A DNA stretch of 57,540 bases from Actinomycetota bacterium (GCA_027729805.1 JAQCEO010000005.1:1-57540), one strand, 5' to 3'; shown: positions 1 to 13,391, numbered from the stretch's first letter. Numbers and translations: made by a program. Notes: generated by a model not told the origin, from the sequence alone.

Positions 1-35
1 GTCGTGAAACCCGCAGTATCGGTCGGTTTCACGAC
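1..35. repeat. 11-bp perfect inverted repeat (hairpin) at window edge
   Basis: GTCGTGAAACC (1-11) and GGTTTCACGAC (25-35); could be a terminator or REP-like element; context truncated. Confidence 0.5.
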
Positions 36-114
36 GAAAACGGGCGCACCCACGGGAACCGCACCTAATTCACCCGCTACCAGTGGCCCTTGGCCCGCGT
101 TACAACCACCTGGG

Positions 115-355
115 GTGGCCCGGGTGTTAGATCGCAGCACCGCGATATCGGCGAGCGCCGGCAGTCGCCAAGACATCTTGCGTAGCACGTGCCTATCCAT
201 CATCCCGCCGTGCGTGGGTAGCGGATGCCGCAGATGATCGACGCCACCGGCGTATTGCGCTCGGGTAGCGCCAGTTCGCCAACGAGTCTTAGTCCATCCG
301 ATGTTGTCAGCGTTAGCGGTATTCGAAGTGCCGGTAGCACCGAATCGGCTAACAT
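115..355 (-). pseudogene. Frameshifted/truncated actinobacterial alpha/beta hydrolase
   Basis: LTTSDGLRLVGELALP...IIC, then a 1-nt shift at 228-229 into HPLPTHGGMMDRHVLRKMSWRLPALADIAVLRSNTR; family-like sequence is lost after about position 115. Confidence 0.65.
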
Positions 356-371
356 CTTTGGGGCTGTAATT

Positions 372-689
372 TCAGTAACGTGGCCCACCTGATGACCGCA
401 TGGTGCGAGGCCCGCGGTTATGGCGCGAAGTCCAGCAGGTGGTGTGCCAGTGGCGCCGAGACTCGACTCCGCCAAGACCATCGGCCGGGTAGACCACAAC
501 ATGCGGGGTGACCGGGCGAATTTCTTGATCACATCCAGGGCACCGGTAGGTTTTAGTGGAACTCGAACCGGTGATGGACTGCACTACCCAATCCTCACCG
601 TCAAAGTCCTCAACACGCCTTGCTCCCAGACCACCTGACCCGCGTTCGGCCCCAGATGCACCCGGCTTACGGTGATGCTTGCGCCCCAT
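372..689 (-). CDS. Conserved actinobacterial small protein (Rv1322-like, putative Zn-binding)
   Basis: YRCPGCDQEI...RRHWHTTCW motif; usual position downstream of nucS. Confidence 0.8.
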   Translation of the reverse strand: MGRKHHRKPGASGAERGSGGLGARRVEDFDGEDWVVQSITGSSSTKTYRCPGCDQEIRPVTPHVVVYPADGLGGVESRRHWHTTCWTSRHNRGPRTMRSSGGPRY

Positions 690-704
690 GGCAACTAACC
701 AACA

Positions 705-2504
705 CTAGGTGTAGACCCGGAACCCGCGTCCGGTCTTACGGCCAAGGTAACCAGCGGTCACCAGATGCTCCAAACGCGGCGCCGGCGCAAATCCGCGCTC
801 ACGAAATTCGCGATAGAGGGTCTGTTGGATAGCAAGTGATACATCAAGGCCAACAACGTCGAGTAGTTCAAAAGGCCCCATCGGGTAGCCACAACCGCGC
901 TTCATCGCAAGATCTATGTCATCGGCGTCGGCGTAGTTCATCTCCAGCATGCGAATGGCATCATTGAGATACGGGAAAAGAAGTGCGTTGACGATGAATC
1001 CGGCGCGATCTGCACAAACAACTGGGTGCTTACCGATCCGCAAGCAAAGTTCACGCGAGGTCGCTATTACGTCGTCGGCGGTTGCAACGGTGCTAACGAT
1101 CTCTACCAGCTTCATGACCGCAGCAGGATTGAAGAAGTGCAGCCCCACGACATCCTGCGGCCGTGAGCTGGCAGCTGCCATTTCAACCACCGGCAAGCTG
1201 GAGGTCGTGGTGGCCAAGATCGCCCCCGGTTTGCAGATCTCCGCGAGGTTTTCAAAGAGTGCCAACTTCACGGACAACTCTTCGACCACCGCTTCGACAA
1301 CTAGATCCACTTTTTCTAAGTCATCGAGCTTCGTCGACCCGGTGAGGTGGGACAGCGCAGCCTCTCGCCCGGTTTCGTCGAGCTTGCCGCGCTGCACCGC
1401 CTTCTCTAGTGATTTTTCAATCGCCCCGCGTACGGCTTTGATCTTTTCCTCGGACCGTGCGATGTAAATAACATCCAGACCAGCCTTGGCGAATACTTCA
1501 GCGATACCTGTCGCCATCGTGCCGCTGCCAATGACCCCAACGGAACCAACTGCCCGCGTTGCGCCAGCTACTCCGGATGTGTTTGGCGTATGTGCATCGA
1601 CAACTACCGCCGGTGAGTGCGGAGCCTCGTAGGTGTAGAAGCCACGGCCAGATTTACGGCCGCGCAGCCCGGCGGTGACCATCTGCTTGAGGATCGGCGA
1701 CGGCGCATGCAACCGATCACGACTTTCTTTGTACATCGTGTCGAGGATTTCATAGGCGGTGTCGAGGCCGATCAGATCAAGGAGCGCAAGCGGCCCCATC
1801 GGCAGGCCACAACCAAGGCGCATCGAGGCATCGATGTCCTCGCGGGTGGCGTATTTCTGCTCATACATAGTTACCGCATGATTTAGATACCCGAAGAGCA
1901 GCGCATTTGCAATGAAGCCTGCCTTATCGCCAACGACAACCGGCTCCTTGCCCAGCCCCCGGGCGAATTCGGCGACCGCATCGACAACTTCAGGTGACGA
2001 AACCACGGTCCGGACGATCTCAACAAATGCTTGAATCGGTGCGGGATTGAAGAAATGCAACCCCACCACCTGGGACGGGCGCCCGGTGGCGACTGAGATC
2101 TCCGTGACCGAAAGCGAGGAAGTGTTACTGGCCAAAATAGTGTGAGCCGGAGTGATCGCATCAAGGGCCGCGAATATTGCGCTCTTAATCTCCATGCTCT
2201 CGGGCACTGCTTCAATCACTAAGTCAACATCGGAAAGATCAGCCAAGTTCGTGGTGAAAGTAATGCGGGATAGCAGTGCGGTGCGCTCCGCCTCGGACAA
2301 CTTGCCCTTGGCGACGGCCCGGCTAGTTGAGCCTTCGATGGTGTTAACCCCACGCTCAAGATCGGCGTCGCTGGCCTCAACAGCCCAAACTCGCGACCCG
2401 CTGCGGGCCACGACCTCGGCGATACCCGCACCCATGGTGCCCATACCGATAACTCCGACCCGGGTGCCGACACCAGGCGTAGCAGGGGTCAAGGAATCGC
2501 TCAT
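705..2504 (-). CDS. Tandem-domain 3-hydroxyacyl(butyryl)-CoA dehydrogenase
   Basis: Two repeats of GxGxMG Rossmann + HFFNPA + PMGP..L.D..GLD; 599 aa. Confidence 0.92.
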   Translation of the reverse strand: MSDSLTPATPGVGTRVGVIGMGTMGAGIAEVVARSGSRVWAVEASDADLERGVNTIEGSTSRAVAKGKLSEAERTALLSRITFTTNLADLSDVDLVIEAVPESMEIKSAIFAALDAITPAHTILASNTSSLSVTEISVATGRPSQVVGLHFFNPAPIQAFVEIVRTVVSSPEVVDAVAEFARGLGKEPVVVGDKAGFIANALLFGYLNHAVTMYEQKYATREDIDASMRLGCGLPMGPLALLDLIGLDTAYEILDTMYKESRDRLHAPSPILKQMVTAGLRGRKSGRGFYTYEAPHSPAVVVDAHTPNTSGVAGATRAVGSVGVIGSGTMATGIAEVFAKAGLDVIYIARSEEKIKAVRGAIEKSLEKAVQRGKLDETGREAALSHLTGSTKLDDLEKVDLVVEAVVEELSVKLALFENLAEICKPGAILATTTSSLPVVEMAAASSRPQDVVGLHFFNPAAVMKLVEIVSTVATADDVIATSRELCLRIGKHPVVCADRAGFIVNALLFPYLNDAIRMLEMNYADADDIDLAMKRGCGYPMGPFELLDVVGLDVSLAIQQTLYREFRERGFAPAPRLEHLVTAGYLGRKTGRGFRVYT

Positions 2505-2524
2505 GGGTGGATTGTGTCAGTTGA

Positions 2525-3208
2525 TCAGAACAGTCGAAGACTTGGATCTGCGGTGGCCAAAAGGCCTTCATAATCCAAGACCACACACCTGATCCCGCGG
2601 TCCTGAGCCAGCGTCCGGGCCTGCGGTTTGATCTCCTGGGCGGCAAAAACCCCATGCACGGGAGCCAGGAGTGGATCGCGGTTTAACAAGGTTAAATACC
2701 GGGTCAATTGCTCGACCCCGTCAATATCACCGCGCCGCTTGATCTCGACCGCCACCGTGACCCCAGCGCCATCTCGACAAAGTAAATCCACCGGCCCGAT
2801 GGCCGTGGGGTACTCCCGGCGGATCAAGGTCCAATCGGGTCCCAGTACTCCCACATGGGTTGCCAGCAGGGCCTGCAGCTGGGCTTCAACCCCGGCCTTT
2901 TGCAAGCCAGGATCAACTCCGAGGTCATACTCGGTGTCCAAGAAGATTTCGTGGACGGTGATCTGCAATTGCTCACCGGCCTTGTTCTCGACCACCCAGA
3001 CGCTGTCGGTATTACCCGCACCAACCCCCGGTTCAATCCGGGTGGTGCATGGCGGGCTCATCCAGTTCAGCGGCTTGTATGAGCCGCCCTCGGAGTGAAT
3101 CAGGACCGAGCCATCACCCTTTACCATGATCACCCGATCCGCCTCCGGCAGGTGCGCCCGCAAGCGACCGACATAGTTGACGGTGCAACGGGCAATAACT
3201 ATGCGCAC
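2525..3208 (-). CDS. nucS: Endonuclease NucS/EndoMS (mismatch repair)
   Basis: [45 protein letters not shown]. Confidence 0.95.
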   Translation of the reverse strand: MRIVIARCTVNYVGRLRAHLPEADRVIMVKGDGSVLIHSEGGSYKPLNWMSPPCTTRIEPGVGAGNTDSVWVVENKAGEQLQITVHEIFLDTEYDLGVDPGLQKAGVEAQLQALLATHVGVLGPDWTLIRREYPTAIGPVDLLCRDGAGVTVAVEIKRRGDIDGVEQLTRYLTLLNRDPLLAPVHGVFAAQEIKPQARTLAQDRGIRCVVLDYEGLLATADPSLRLF

Positions 3209-5232
3209 GGACTGGGTAACGGTGACAGCGATTTTGCCGCACGCACCGTGTCAACAATATTTCGCATGATAACGGTCGCGTCGTAATCCTTTGGGGTAAA
3301 CACCGCAGCGACTCCACGCTCGCGTAACCAGGTGGCGTCAGCATCCGGAATGATGCCACCGACCACCACCGGCACGTCCGATAGGCCGCGGGCACGCAGC
3401 CCCTCAACAACTGCCGGCACCAGGGCGCGGTGGGAACCGGAGAGGATGGATAAGCCCACTACATCAACATCCTCGGCCACCGCCGCCGCAACTATCTGCT
3501 CCGGGGTCAACCGGATGCCCTGGTAGATGACCTCGAATCCCGCATCCCGGGCCCGGACCGCGATCTGCTCAGCGCCATTTGAGTGCCCGTCCAAGCCCGG
3601 CTTCCCGACCAGCAAGCGAAGTGGGGAACCGCATTCCTGCGAAGTCATTGCCACCGCGCGGCGTACCTCATCCAAATCAGAGCTGGATGCTCCGACCACG
3701 CCACCGATACCTGTTGGGGCACGGTATTCACCAAACACTTCACGAAGGGTGGAAGTCCACTCGCCGGTGGTGACCCCGGACCGAACACACTCGATGGTCG
3801 CCGCCATTAAGTTCGCTTCAGTTTGAGCCTGCTCCTGAAGTTTGGCTAGAGCCGTCATTACCTTGGCTTCATCACGCCCGGCTCGCCATAATTGCAGGTC
3901 TGCGATTGCCTGAGCCTCAACCTCGGGATCTACGACGAGCACGGCGGCATCAAGATCGGCAAGTAAAGGGTTGGCTTCGCTTTCCTGGAAGGCATTAACG
4001 CCAACAACGATCTGGGCACCAGATTCAATGCGCGCGCGACGCTCGGAGTGAGCCTGCACCATCTGCTGCTTCATGTAACCGCTCTGGACCGCCGCGACCG
4101 CGCCGCCCAGATCGAGCACGTAATCCAACTCAGTGGTGGCGTTGGCAATCATCTCGTCGACCAGCCCTTCAACGACTACCGATCCGGTGAAGAGGTCCCC
4201 GTACTCCAGAAGATCACTCTCAAATGCTAGAACCTGTTGAATGCGTAGTGACCACTGCTGATCCCACGGCCGGGGCAAGCCCAGAGCCTCATTCCACGTT
4301 GGTAATTGAATGGCCCGGGCCCGAGCATCTTTCGACAACGTGACGGCCAGCATCTCAAGAACTATTCGCTGCACGTTGTTCTCCGGTTGCGCCTCGGTCA
4401 GGCCGAGTGAATTAACTTGCACCCCGTACCTGAACCTGCGCTGCTCCGGGTCTTGAACGCCGTACCTGGTCAAGGTAATGTGATCCCACATCCTTGCGAA
4501 AGCCCGCATCTTGCACATTTCCTCGACAAAGCGAATCCCAGCATTAACAAAGAAAGACATGCGCGCAACAACATCGCCGAAGTCAGCCGGAGCCACCTGC
4601 CCGCTGTCGCGGACCGCGTCAAGCACAGCAATGGCAGTGCTCATTGCGTAGGCTATCTCCTGCACCGGAGTGGCGCCTGCCTCTTGTAAGTGATAGCTGC
4701 AGATATTTATTGGATTCCATTTCGGAATGTGCTGCACCGTGTACGTAACCATGTCGGTGATCAAACGCAGTGAGGGCTCGGGCGGAAAGATATAGGTGCC
4801 GCGCGAGAGATACTCCTTGATGATGTCGTTTTGGGTAGTACCCTGCAATTGGTAAGCGGGGATCCCAGCATCCTCAGCGGCCACTACATACAAAGCCAGC
4901 ATCCACATTGCCGTGGCGTTGATCGTCATCGAGGTATTCATTTTGTCTAGTGGGATGGCCTCGAGCAGTGTCCGCATATTGCCTAGGTGCGCGATTGGCA
5001 CCCCTACTTTGCCAACCTCACCCAGGGCCATCGGCGAATCGGGGTCGTAGCCGGTCTGGGTGGGTAGATCAAAGGCGACGGATAGCCCGGTCTGCCCCTT
5101 GGCGAGGTTTCGCCGGTATAGGGCATTGGATTCGCGCGGCGAGGAGTGGCCGGCATAAGTCCGGATCAACCACGGCTTATCCCTGGGCCGGAGTTTGTCT
5201 TTGGGGCCGGGTGGGTCCGCTGCTGATGACAC
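3199..5232 (-). CDS. meaA: B12-dependent mutase MeaA / ethylmalonyl-CoA mutase
   Basis: [27 protein letters not shown], cobalamin-binding [10 protein letters not shown]. Confidence 0.92.
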   Translation of the reverse strand: MSSAADPPGPKDKLRPRDKPWLIRTYAGHSSPRESNALYRRNLAKGQTGLSVAFDLPTQTGYDPDSPMALGEVGKVGVPIAHLGNMRTLLEAIPLDKMNTSMTINATAMWMLALYVVAAEDAGIPAYQLQGTTQNDIIKEYLSRGTYIFPPEPSLRLITDMVTYTVQHIPKWNPINICSYHLQEAGATPVQEIAYAMSTAIAVLDAVRDSGQVAPADFGDVVARMSFFVNAGIRFVEEMCKMRAFARMWDHITLTRYGVQDPEQRRFRYGVQVNSLGLTEAQPENNVQRIVLEMLAVTLSKDARARAIQLPTWNEALGLPRPWDQQWSLRIQQVLAFESDLLEYGDLFTGSVVVEGLVDEMIANATTELDYVLDLGGAVAAVQSGYMKQQMVQAHSERRARIESGAQIVVGVNAFQESEANPLLADLDAAVLVVDPEVEAQAIADLQLWRAGRDEAKVMTALAKLQEQAQTEANLMAATIECVRSGVTTGEWTSTLREVFGEYRAPTGIGGVVGASSSDLDEVRRAVAMTSQECGSPLRLLVGKPGLDGHSNGAEQIAVRARDAGFEVIYQGIRLTPEQIVAAAVAEDVDVVGLSILSGSHRALVPAVVEGLRARGLSDVPVVVGGIIPDADATWLRERGVAAVFTPKDYDATVIMRNIVDTVRAAKSLSPLPSPCA

Positions 5233-5303
5233 CCGCTAAGGGTAGCGAGGCCCCAACCCGAGGTCACCGCGCGGGAACTTCCCGCCTGCCCGAGACTTAG
5301 CCC

Positions 5304-5630
5304 ATGCCCGCCTGGAACGCCTACTCCTACGCCTTTGGCCCGATATTTGCCGTGCTGGGCCTTGCGGTGCTCGTTTTGATTCTGCGCTGGGCTTTTGGCC
5401 GTCGTACCTCCGTGGTCGCCGCCCCGGCACGTCCTGGTAAGCCGGCCGAGTACGGGATGCTGGTAGCCATCGCGACGCCGAGCACCTATATCGAAGGTGA
5501 AATTTGGCGCCGGGGGCTCGAGGCGGCCGGGGTACGCGCGAACCTCGCCCAAACCAGCGAAGGCCCAAGGTTAATGGTCTGGCCGGTAGACGTGGAAAAT
5601 GCAAAACGGGAATTAGCGCGCATCAGGTAA
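5304..5630 (+). CDS. Conserved actinobacterial single-pass membrane protein
   Basis: N-terminal TM helix, EYGML motif; possible leaderless -10 (GAGACT-N6-ATG). Confidence 0.75.
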   Translation: MPAWNAYSYAFGPIFAVLGLAVLVLILRWAFGRRTSVVAAPARPGKPAEYGMLVAIATPSTYIEGEIWRRGLEAAGVRANLAQTSEGPRLMVWPVDVENAKRELARIR

Positions 5631-6900
5631 ATAGCGACTCAGCTTCGATTCGCTCCACTTGCGCGCCCAATGCGATTAGCGCCGGTACGAAGTCGGCATA
5701 GCCACGATCAATATGCGAAACCCCATAAATCGTGGTGCAACCGGTTGCGACCAAGCCGGCAAGCACTAAACCTGCACCCGCGCGAATATCGGTAGCCTCG
5801 ACCGGCGCGCCGGATAACTGCAAGCGGCCACGAACGAGCGCATGGTGGCCGTCGGTGCGAACATCGGCTCCGAGTCGGGCTAGTTCTTGCACAAAGCGAA
5901 AGCGAGCTTCGAATAGATTCTCGGTCACCAAAGCCGCACCGCTGGCAATTGAGTTAAGTGCAATGAACTGAGGTTGCAGATCCGTCGGAAACCCCGGATA
6001 GGGCAAGGTGACGACATCTACTGCGAGCGGCCTGGCCTCCATTATTACTCGGAAGCCATCCTCGACGGTGCTGATCTGGGCCCCCGCACTAAGTAGTTTG
6101 TCGAGGGCTACTTGCAGATGCACCGGGTTCGAATTCAACACCGTGATGTCACCCTGAGTCATCGCCGCCGCAACTGCCCAAGTGCCCGCGACGATTCGAT
6201 CGCTGACAGTGCAGTGCACCACTGGTTCAAGGTGACCAACACCCTCGATTCTCAGAGTTGAGGTACCGACCCCCTCGATCAAGGCACCCATGTCGATCAG
6301 CATCAGGCAAATATCGACGATCTCTGGCTCCCGGGCGACATTGTCAATAACAGTCACCCCATCAGCGGTGACGGCTGCCATCACCAATGTCTCGGTGGCA
6401 CCAACACTTGGGAAGTCCAGCCAAATTGATCCGCCGGTTAACCGCTGCTGGCACGTGGCAACCAAATAACCGTGCTCATTGGTGACTTCAGCCCCCAACT
6501 TCTGCAAGCCTGCTATGTGCATATCTAGCCCTCGTGAGCCGATGTTGTCACCACCTGGCAGCGCCACTTCGGCCGCGCCGCATCGAGCCAATAACGGGCC
6601 CAGCACGCAAATGGATGCTCGCATTCGACGCACTAGGTCATAGTCGGCCCGGTGGGCCAAGACTTCTGGGACCGTAATGCGCACCAGGCGACCGGGGCCA
6701 TCGTGTTCAACCTCACACCCAAGGCGGCGGAGCAACTCGGCCATGATCTCGACGTCCAAGATCTCGGGGACCTCGGTCAAGGTGGTAGTGCCGTGGGCCA
6801 ATAGTGCGGCCGCCATGAGTTTGAGGACGGAGTTCTTCGCGCCGGTTACCCGAACCGTGCCGTGCAGGCGCTGGCCGCCCACGATACTCAAAACCTCCAC
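5623..6900 (-). CDS. murA: UDP-N-acetylglucosamine 1-carboxyvinyltransferase
   Basis: [32 protein letters not shown]; GTG start 6 nt after TACGAT. Confidence 0.96.
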   Translation of the reverse strand: MEVLSIVGGQRLHGTVRVTGAKNSVLKLMAAALLAHGTTTLTEVPEILDVEIMAELLRRLGCEVEHDGPGRLVRITVPEVLAHRADYDLVRRMRASICVLGPLLARCGAAEVALPGGDNIGSRGLDMHIAGLQKLGAEVTNEHGYLVATCQQRLTGGSIWLDFPSVGATETLVMAAVTADGVTVIDNVAREPEIVDICLMLIDMGALIEGVGTSTLRIEGVGHLEPVVHCTVSDRIVAGTWAVAAAMTQGDITVLNSNPVHLQVALDKLLSAGAQISTVEDGFRVIMEARPLAVDVVTLPYPGFPTDLQPQFIALNSIASGAALVTENLFEARFRFVQELARLGADVRTDGHHALVRGRLQLSGAPVEATDIRAGAGLVLAGLVATGCTTIYGVSHIDRGYADFVPALIALGAQVERIEAESLFT

Positions 6901-6973
6901 GCAGTCATCGTACGCATCACACGCGCGCAAGCCCCAAAGGTGTCATAGGATTTGATTAAACAAGGGAGCCCCC

Positions 6974-7549
6974 ATGGTTAATCTGACCAAAATCTATACG
7001 CGCACCGGTGATGACGGCACCACCTCACTGGGCGATATGAGTCGCACCGGCAAGAACGACCCACGCCTTAAGGCCTATGCCGATGTCGACGAAGCCAACT
7101 GCACCATCGGGGTAGTACTGGCCGCCACCGACATCCCCGCGGAGGTTCGCACACTGCTCCTGCGCATCCAAAATGACCTTTTTGATGTAGGAGCTGATCT
7201 TTGCACTCCCGTTGTCGACAACCCGGCGCACGAGCCACTGCGCGTCACCTCGGCTTATATCGACTATCTGGAGCAAGCCTGTGACCAATACAACGACCAA
7301 CTCGAACCGCTGCGTTCGTTCATCCTGCCCGGCGGCACCAGCGCTGCCGCACAATTACATGTGGCGCGAACCGTGACGAGGCGTGCCGAACGCTCGATTT
7401 GGGCCGCCTTAGATACTTATCACGGCGGCATGAACCAACTAACCGCAACCTATGTCAATAGACTCAGTGATCTACTTTTCATTCTCGCCCGCTTTGCCAA
7501 TAAGCAAGCCGGCGGCGATGTACTGTGGCAACCTGGTGCTAATCGATGA
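6974..7549 (+). CDS. PduO-type cob(I)alamin adenosyltransferase
   Basis: KIYTRTGDDG, FILPGG, RRAER, NRLSDLLF. Confidence 0.94.
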   Translation: MVNLTKIYTRTGDDGTTSLGDMSRTGKNDPRLKAYADVDEANCTIGVVLAATDIPAEVRTLLLRIQNDLFDVGADLCTPVVDNPAHEPLRVTSAYIDYLEQACDQYNDQLEPLRSFILPGGTSAAAQLHVARTVTRRAERSIWAALDTYHGGMNQLTATYVNRLSDLLFILARFANKQAGGDVLWQPGANR

Positions 7550-7561
7550 GTAAAATGGTTT

Positions 7562-7927
7562 TCAATCGAGCTGGCCGAGTGCTCGCAATCTGGCCCGACC
7601 GCGAGCGGCTCTACGCAAATCATCGGAGGACGCATCGGTCCTAGCGGAGTCCGCGTCGATCTCTGATTCAAATTCCGCCGACTCCGCCAAGATGGTTACA
7701 CCTGCTTCGGTAACAGATAGGTAGCCGCCGTCAACCGCGATGCGCAAGTCATCCTCACCTTCTCGCTCCACCCGGACCATGGCATCGTCGACGAGTCGGG
7801 CTACCAGCGGAATATGGCGAGGCAGGATTCCGATATCACCAGAGGTAGTGCGGGTAAAGAGGAAAGTCGCCTTACCCGACCAAATTTTGCGTTCGACAGC
7901 GACAATTGTTACATCCAAGTCGGCCAT
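7562..7927 (-). CDS. atpC: ATP synthase epsilon subunit (mycobacterial-type, 121 aa)
   Basis: [28 protein letters not shown]; short C-terminal domain. Confidence 0.95.
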   Translation of the reverse strand: MADLDVTIVAVERKIWSGKATFLFTRTTSGDIGILPRHIPLVARLVDDAMVRVEREGEDDLRIAVDGGYLSVTEAGVTILAESAEFESEIDADSARTDASSDDLRRAARGRARLRALGQLD

Positions 7928-7960
7928 CTCACCACACCCTTCGACGCAGCCATGTTCGCA

Positions 7961-9439
<1,479 letters not shown>

Positions 9440-10363
9440 CTATCGGACGGCATCGGCTAGGGCGTTCGCCCCGCCGACGATTTCGCTTATTTCTTGGGTA
9501 ATCTGAGCCTGACGTTCGCGGTTGGACATCAAAGTTAGCGCCTTGATGAGATCATCCGCGTTGTCGGTGGCCGCCTTCATTGCACGGCGTCGGGATGCTG
9601 ATTCTGAGGCGGCCGATTCGAGCAGTGCTGAGAAGATTCGGGTAGCCACATATCTTGGCAACAGTGATTCAAAGAGCAAGCTGGCATCCGGCTCGAAGGA
9701 GAACAAGGTCGCCGGGCCGTGGTCTCCCTCAACGTACTCAACTTCCATCGGCGCTATCCGTCGAGCCTCCGCGTTTTGGGACAGCATTGACCGGAACTCG
9801 GTAGAAATGAGATGCAGCTCATCCACCCCCAAGATGCCATCCGCACCTGGTTCGTCGCCTTCGTCGTCGGCCCCCGCGAGGAAAGCCGCAACCAATGAGT
9901 CGGCGATCTCCTGGGCGTTCTCATAGGTCGGCCTTTCGGAGATCCCCACCCAGGAACTGGTGATGACCCAATTGCGGAAACTAAAATAACTTAGAGCTTT
10001 ACGTCCGATCACGTAAATGACCGGAGTCTTGCCCTCCTGGCGAAGTAGCGATATCAACTCTTCCGCGAGACGCAACACATTTGCGTTGTAACCACCGCAA
10101 AGGCCCCGATCCGATGTCACCACCAGCACCCCGGCGCGCTTGGGGTGGGCCCTGGGCACCAACAACGGATGATCAAGGGCAGATTCGGTTGCAAGATCTG
10201 ACAACATGTTGGTAATTTCGATCGCGTACGGACGGGCTGCTTGGACCCGGGCCTGAGCCTTGGCTATCCTCGATGTGGCGATGAGCTCTTGGGCCTTGGT
10301 GATTTTTTTGATCGACTCCGCTGAACGAATTCGTCCGCGAAGTTCGCGTAATGTCGCGGCCAT
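9440..10363 (-). CDS. atpG: ATP synthase gamma subunit with mycobacterial loop
   Basis: [23 protein letters not shown]; insertion [15 protein letters not shown]. Confidence 0.97.
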   Translation of the reverse strand: MAATLRELRGRIRSAESIKKITKAQELIATSRIAKAQARVQAARPYAIEITNMLSDLATESALDHPLLVPRAHPKRAGVLVVTSDRGLCGGYNANVLRLAEELISLLRQEGKTPVIYVIGRKALSYFSFRNWVITSSWVGISERPTYENAQEIADSLVAAFLAGADDEGDEPGADGILGVDELHLISTEFRSMLSQNAEARRIAPMEVEYVEGDHGPATLFSFEPDASLLFESLLPRYVATRIFSALLESAASESASRRRAMKAATDNADDLIKALTLMSNRERQAQITQEISEIVGGANALADAVR

Positions 10364-12009
10364 TACTTCTTCTTCGGGGCCGGCTTGCGCACCTGGACGG
10401 ACTCCTTCTCGACATCGCCTTCAGCCAAGGCCTCGATGTGGGCTTCAGGTATGACAGAACTCCCGTCAGAAGTAGCAAAGCCTTTTTTGAAGTCGACTAC
10501 GGCAGCCACGAGTTGCTCTTCGGTCTCCTCGCTAAGTTTTAAAGTGTCTTTGATGTTGGCGAAGATTCCGGCTCGCGAAACCTGCAGGTGCTCAATGAAC
10601 TCTGATTCGAAGCGGGCGACATCGGCTACCGGGACGGAATCCAGGTGTCCTCTTGTTCCCAACCAGATGGCCACAACCTGATCTTGAACGGCCATGGGGC
10701 TGAACTGTTGCTGCTTTAAGAGTTCCACCAGTCGACCACCGCGTTCAAGCTGTGCCTTGGAAACCGCGTCAAGATCGGAGGCAAATGCCGCGAAGGCCTC
10801 CAGCTCTCGGTACTGGGACAGGTCGAGCCGCAGCGAGCCGGCTACTTCCTTCATCGCCTTAATTTGCGCTGCACCGCCCACGCGGGACACTGAGACGCCC
10901 ACATTTATAGCTGGCCGGACACCTTGGTTGAAGAGATCGGTCTCCAAGAAACACTGTCCGTCGGTGATCGAGATGACGTTGGTAGGAATATAGGCTGAGA
11001 TATCGTTGGCCTTGGTTTCGATAATCGGCAGACCGGTCATCGACCCGGCACCGAGTTCATCAGAGAGTTTCGCGCAACGCTCTAGCAAACGAGAATGCAG
11101 GTAGAACACATCACCGGGGTAGGCCTCACGACCTGGCGGCCGGCGCAGCAGCAACGAGATCGCCCGGTATGCCTCAGCATGCTTGGTTAGATCGTCGAAG
11201 ACGATTAGCACATGCTTGCCCGCATACATCCAGTGCTGACCTAGGGCCGAACCCGTGTAAGGGGCCAGGTATTTGAAACCGGCCGGATCAGATGCGGGAG
11301 AAGCAACGATTGTGGTGTACTCCATTGCGCCGCCCTCTTCCAACGCCCGGCGCACACTTGCGATGGTCGTGCCCTTCTGGCCGATTGCGACATAAACACA
11401 GCGCACCTGCTTCGAAGGATCCCCGGTCTCCCAGTTCGCGCGCTGATTAAGAATCGTGTCGACACAGACAGCGGTCTTGCCCGTCTTACGGTCGCCAATG
11501 ATGAGCTGGCGCTGACCTCGCCCAATTGGTGTCATGGCATCGATGGCCTTGATGCCCGTCTGGAGTGGCTCGTGTACACCTTGGCGCTGGACCACCGAGG
11601 GTGCCTGCAACTCGAGGGGGCGTCGGGTTTCCGGCACGATCTCCCCGCGCCCGTCGATCGGCTCACCCAATGGGTTGACTACCCGCCCAAGGAACCCATC
11701 GCCCACCGGAACCGATAGCACCTCTTTGGTCCCCTTGACGGCCTGACCCTCCTCGATCTTGGAGAAGTCTCCGAGGATCACCGCGCCGATGAGGTGCTCA
11801 TCGAGGTTAAGTGCCATCCCCATCACGCCACCGGAGAACTCCAGCAACTCTTGGGCCATGACCGACGGCAATCCTTCAACGTGGGCAATACCGTCGCCGG
11901 CATCGATCACGCTCCCGACTTCCTCACGACCCGTGCCGACCTCAAGACTCGATACATAATTCTCGATCGCGCCCTGAATATCTTGAGCGGAGATTGTCAA
12001 CTCTGGCAT
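10363..12009 (-). CDS. atpA: ATP synthase alpha subunit with C-terminal extension
   Basis: [29 protein letters not shown]; ends [13 protein letters not shown]; ATG at 12009. Confidence 0.98.
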   Translation of the reverse strand: MPELTISAQDIQGAIENYVSSLEVGTGREEVGSVIDAGDGIAHVEGLPSVMAQELLEFSGGVMGMALNLDEHLIGAVILGDFSKIEEGQAVKGTKEVLSVPVGDGFLGRVVNPLGEPIDGRGEIVPETRRPLELQAPSVVQRQGVHEPLQTGIKAIDAMTPIGRGQRQLIIGDRKTGKTAVCVDTILNQRANWETGDPSKQVRCVYVAIGQKGTTIASVRRALEEGGAMEYTTIVASPASDPAGFKYLAPYTGSALGQHWMYAGKHVLIVFDDLTKHAEAYRAISLLLRRPPGREAYPGDVFYLHSRLLERCAKLSDELGAGSMTGLPIIETKANDISAYIPTNVISITDGQCFLETDLFNQGVRPAINVGVSVSRVGGAAQIKAMKEVAGSLRLDLSQYRELEAFAAFASDLDAVSKAQLERGGRLVELLKQQQFSPMAVQDQVVAIWLGTRGHLDSVPVADVARFESEFIEHLQVSRAGIFANIKDTLKLSEETEEQLVAAVVDFKKGFATSDGSSVIPEAHIEALAEGDVEKESVQVRKPAPKKK

Positions 12010-12056
12010 GTTCTTCGTCTTCCTATTCGTCCTAGTAGTTGTCTTGACCGGCACCG

Positions 12057-13391
12057 CTAGTTGGGCAGTTTCATCGCGGCTGCGGCCAGCCGAGACGAAA
12101 GCGTTCCCTCAATGACCTCGTCCCCGACTGTCACAGATAGGCCGCCCAGCAGCCTAGGGCCGACGATGAGGTTCACGGACACGGGGTGGTGATAGATGCG
12201 GGCTAAAATCTCGGTTAGGCGCTGAAGCTGCGCATCACTTAGTTCGGCCGCTGCGCTCACCTCGGCGACGATCTCACCCCGGCGGCCGACCGCAAGCCGA
12301 GCCAAGTTCTGGACGGCTTCATCGACACGTTCACCATGCAGTAGTTCGACCGTCTGGGCAAGGAGCGCCAAAGTCGTGGGATTGGCACTGCTTTTGGCAT
12401 TCAAAACAGAGCGCAGAAGGTCGACCCGGCCGGATGCTGGTTCGCGGTAATCGCTCAGCAAGGAAGTAAGTTGCGGTTGCTCTTCTAGCATGCGGCCGAA
12501 CCGGAAGAGTTGCTCCGCCACCTCGTCGGTCTGCTGCTCACGTTCGGCCCGCTCCAGCAAACTCAGTCGGGCAACGTACTCTACGCAGTTAACGAAATCA
12601 GTTGTTGTTGACCAGCGGGCCGCCACCGCATTACCTAGGATCTCAAGGGTGCCGGGGCTCACTTTGCTAGCGAGTAACTGCTCCAGCAACGCCTTCTTGG
12701 CATCGGCGCTGCCACCGGTCTCAGTGAGATAGCGAGCCAAAGTCGGCTCGCGCAGCAACAAGGTATACACGGCGGCTAGCTCATCAGACAATTGCGAGAG
12801 CTCGGCAACGGAAAACTGTGCCCCTAGCGCATCGAAGTGCGTCACCACAGCTGCTTGCGCGTCGCGACTGGCGGGACGAAGGTCGGTTGACCTAGCCTGC
12901 GGTGCCGGGCGCGCCGCCGCCATCGACTCGAGCTCGTCGAGGAACCTGTCAACCGTGGCAGATTGTCCGAGTGGGTCGGCTGCGTACTCCGTGACGATTT
13001 CTGCTGCCCGGCTCAAAGCCTGCGCGCCGAGCTCACCGCGCAGCTCGCGAATTAGCTGCGTCCGCAGCAGTAGAAGCTGCTGGTCACCTTGCACCTTAAT
13101 GCGCTCGGCCTCGACGCCACCTTGGATGCGCATTTGCTCACCAATGCGCACCGAATCAACGGCGGCCTCGTCGATGATATGACTAGCTTCTAAGCGTCCC
13201 TCCTCGAGTCGCTGTGCGCGAAAGAGGTCGGCATCGACAACCCGCTGTGCGGCCTTGGCGCTCTCTTCGAGCTCAGCACCCACCGCGGCCCGACGTTCGA
13301 CCATCAACTTGCGCACCGGCGGAACTACGTACTTCATTATGATCAACACAATCACAGCGAAACCGATTAGTTGCCCGATGAACGTGGCCAT
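12057..13391 (-). CDS. atpFH: ATP synthase fused b-delta subunit
   Basis: N-terminal TM + coiled b domain fused to delta domains ([22 protein letters not shown]); 444 aa. Confidence 0.93.
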   Translation of the reverse strand: MATFIGQLIGFAVIVLIIMKYVVPPVRKLMVERRAAVGAELEESAKAAQRVVDADLFRAQRLEEGRLEASHIIDEAAVDSVRIGEQMRIQGGVEAERIKVQGDQQLLLLRTQLIRELRGELGAQALSRAAEIVTEYAADPLGQSATVDRFLDELESMAAARPAPQARSTDLRPASRDAQAAVVTHFDALGAQFSVAELSQLSDELAAVYTLLLREPTLARYLTETGGSADAKKALLEQLLASKVSPGTLEILGNAVAARWSTTTDFVNCVEYVARLSLLERAEREQQTDEVAEQLFRFGRMLEEQPQLTSLLSDYREPASGRVDLLRSVLNAKSSANPTTLALLAQTVELLHGERVDEAVQNLARLAVGRRGEIVAEVSAAAELSDAQLQRLTEILARIYHHPVSVNLIVGPRLLGGLSVTVGDEVIEGTLSSRLAAAAMKLPN

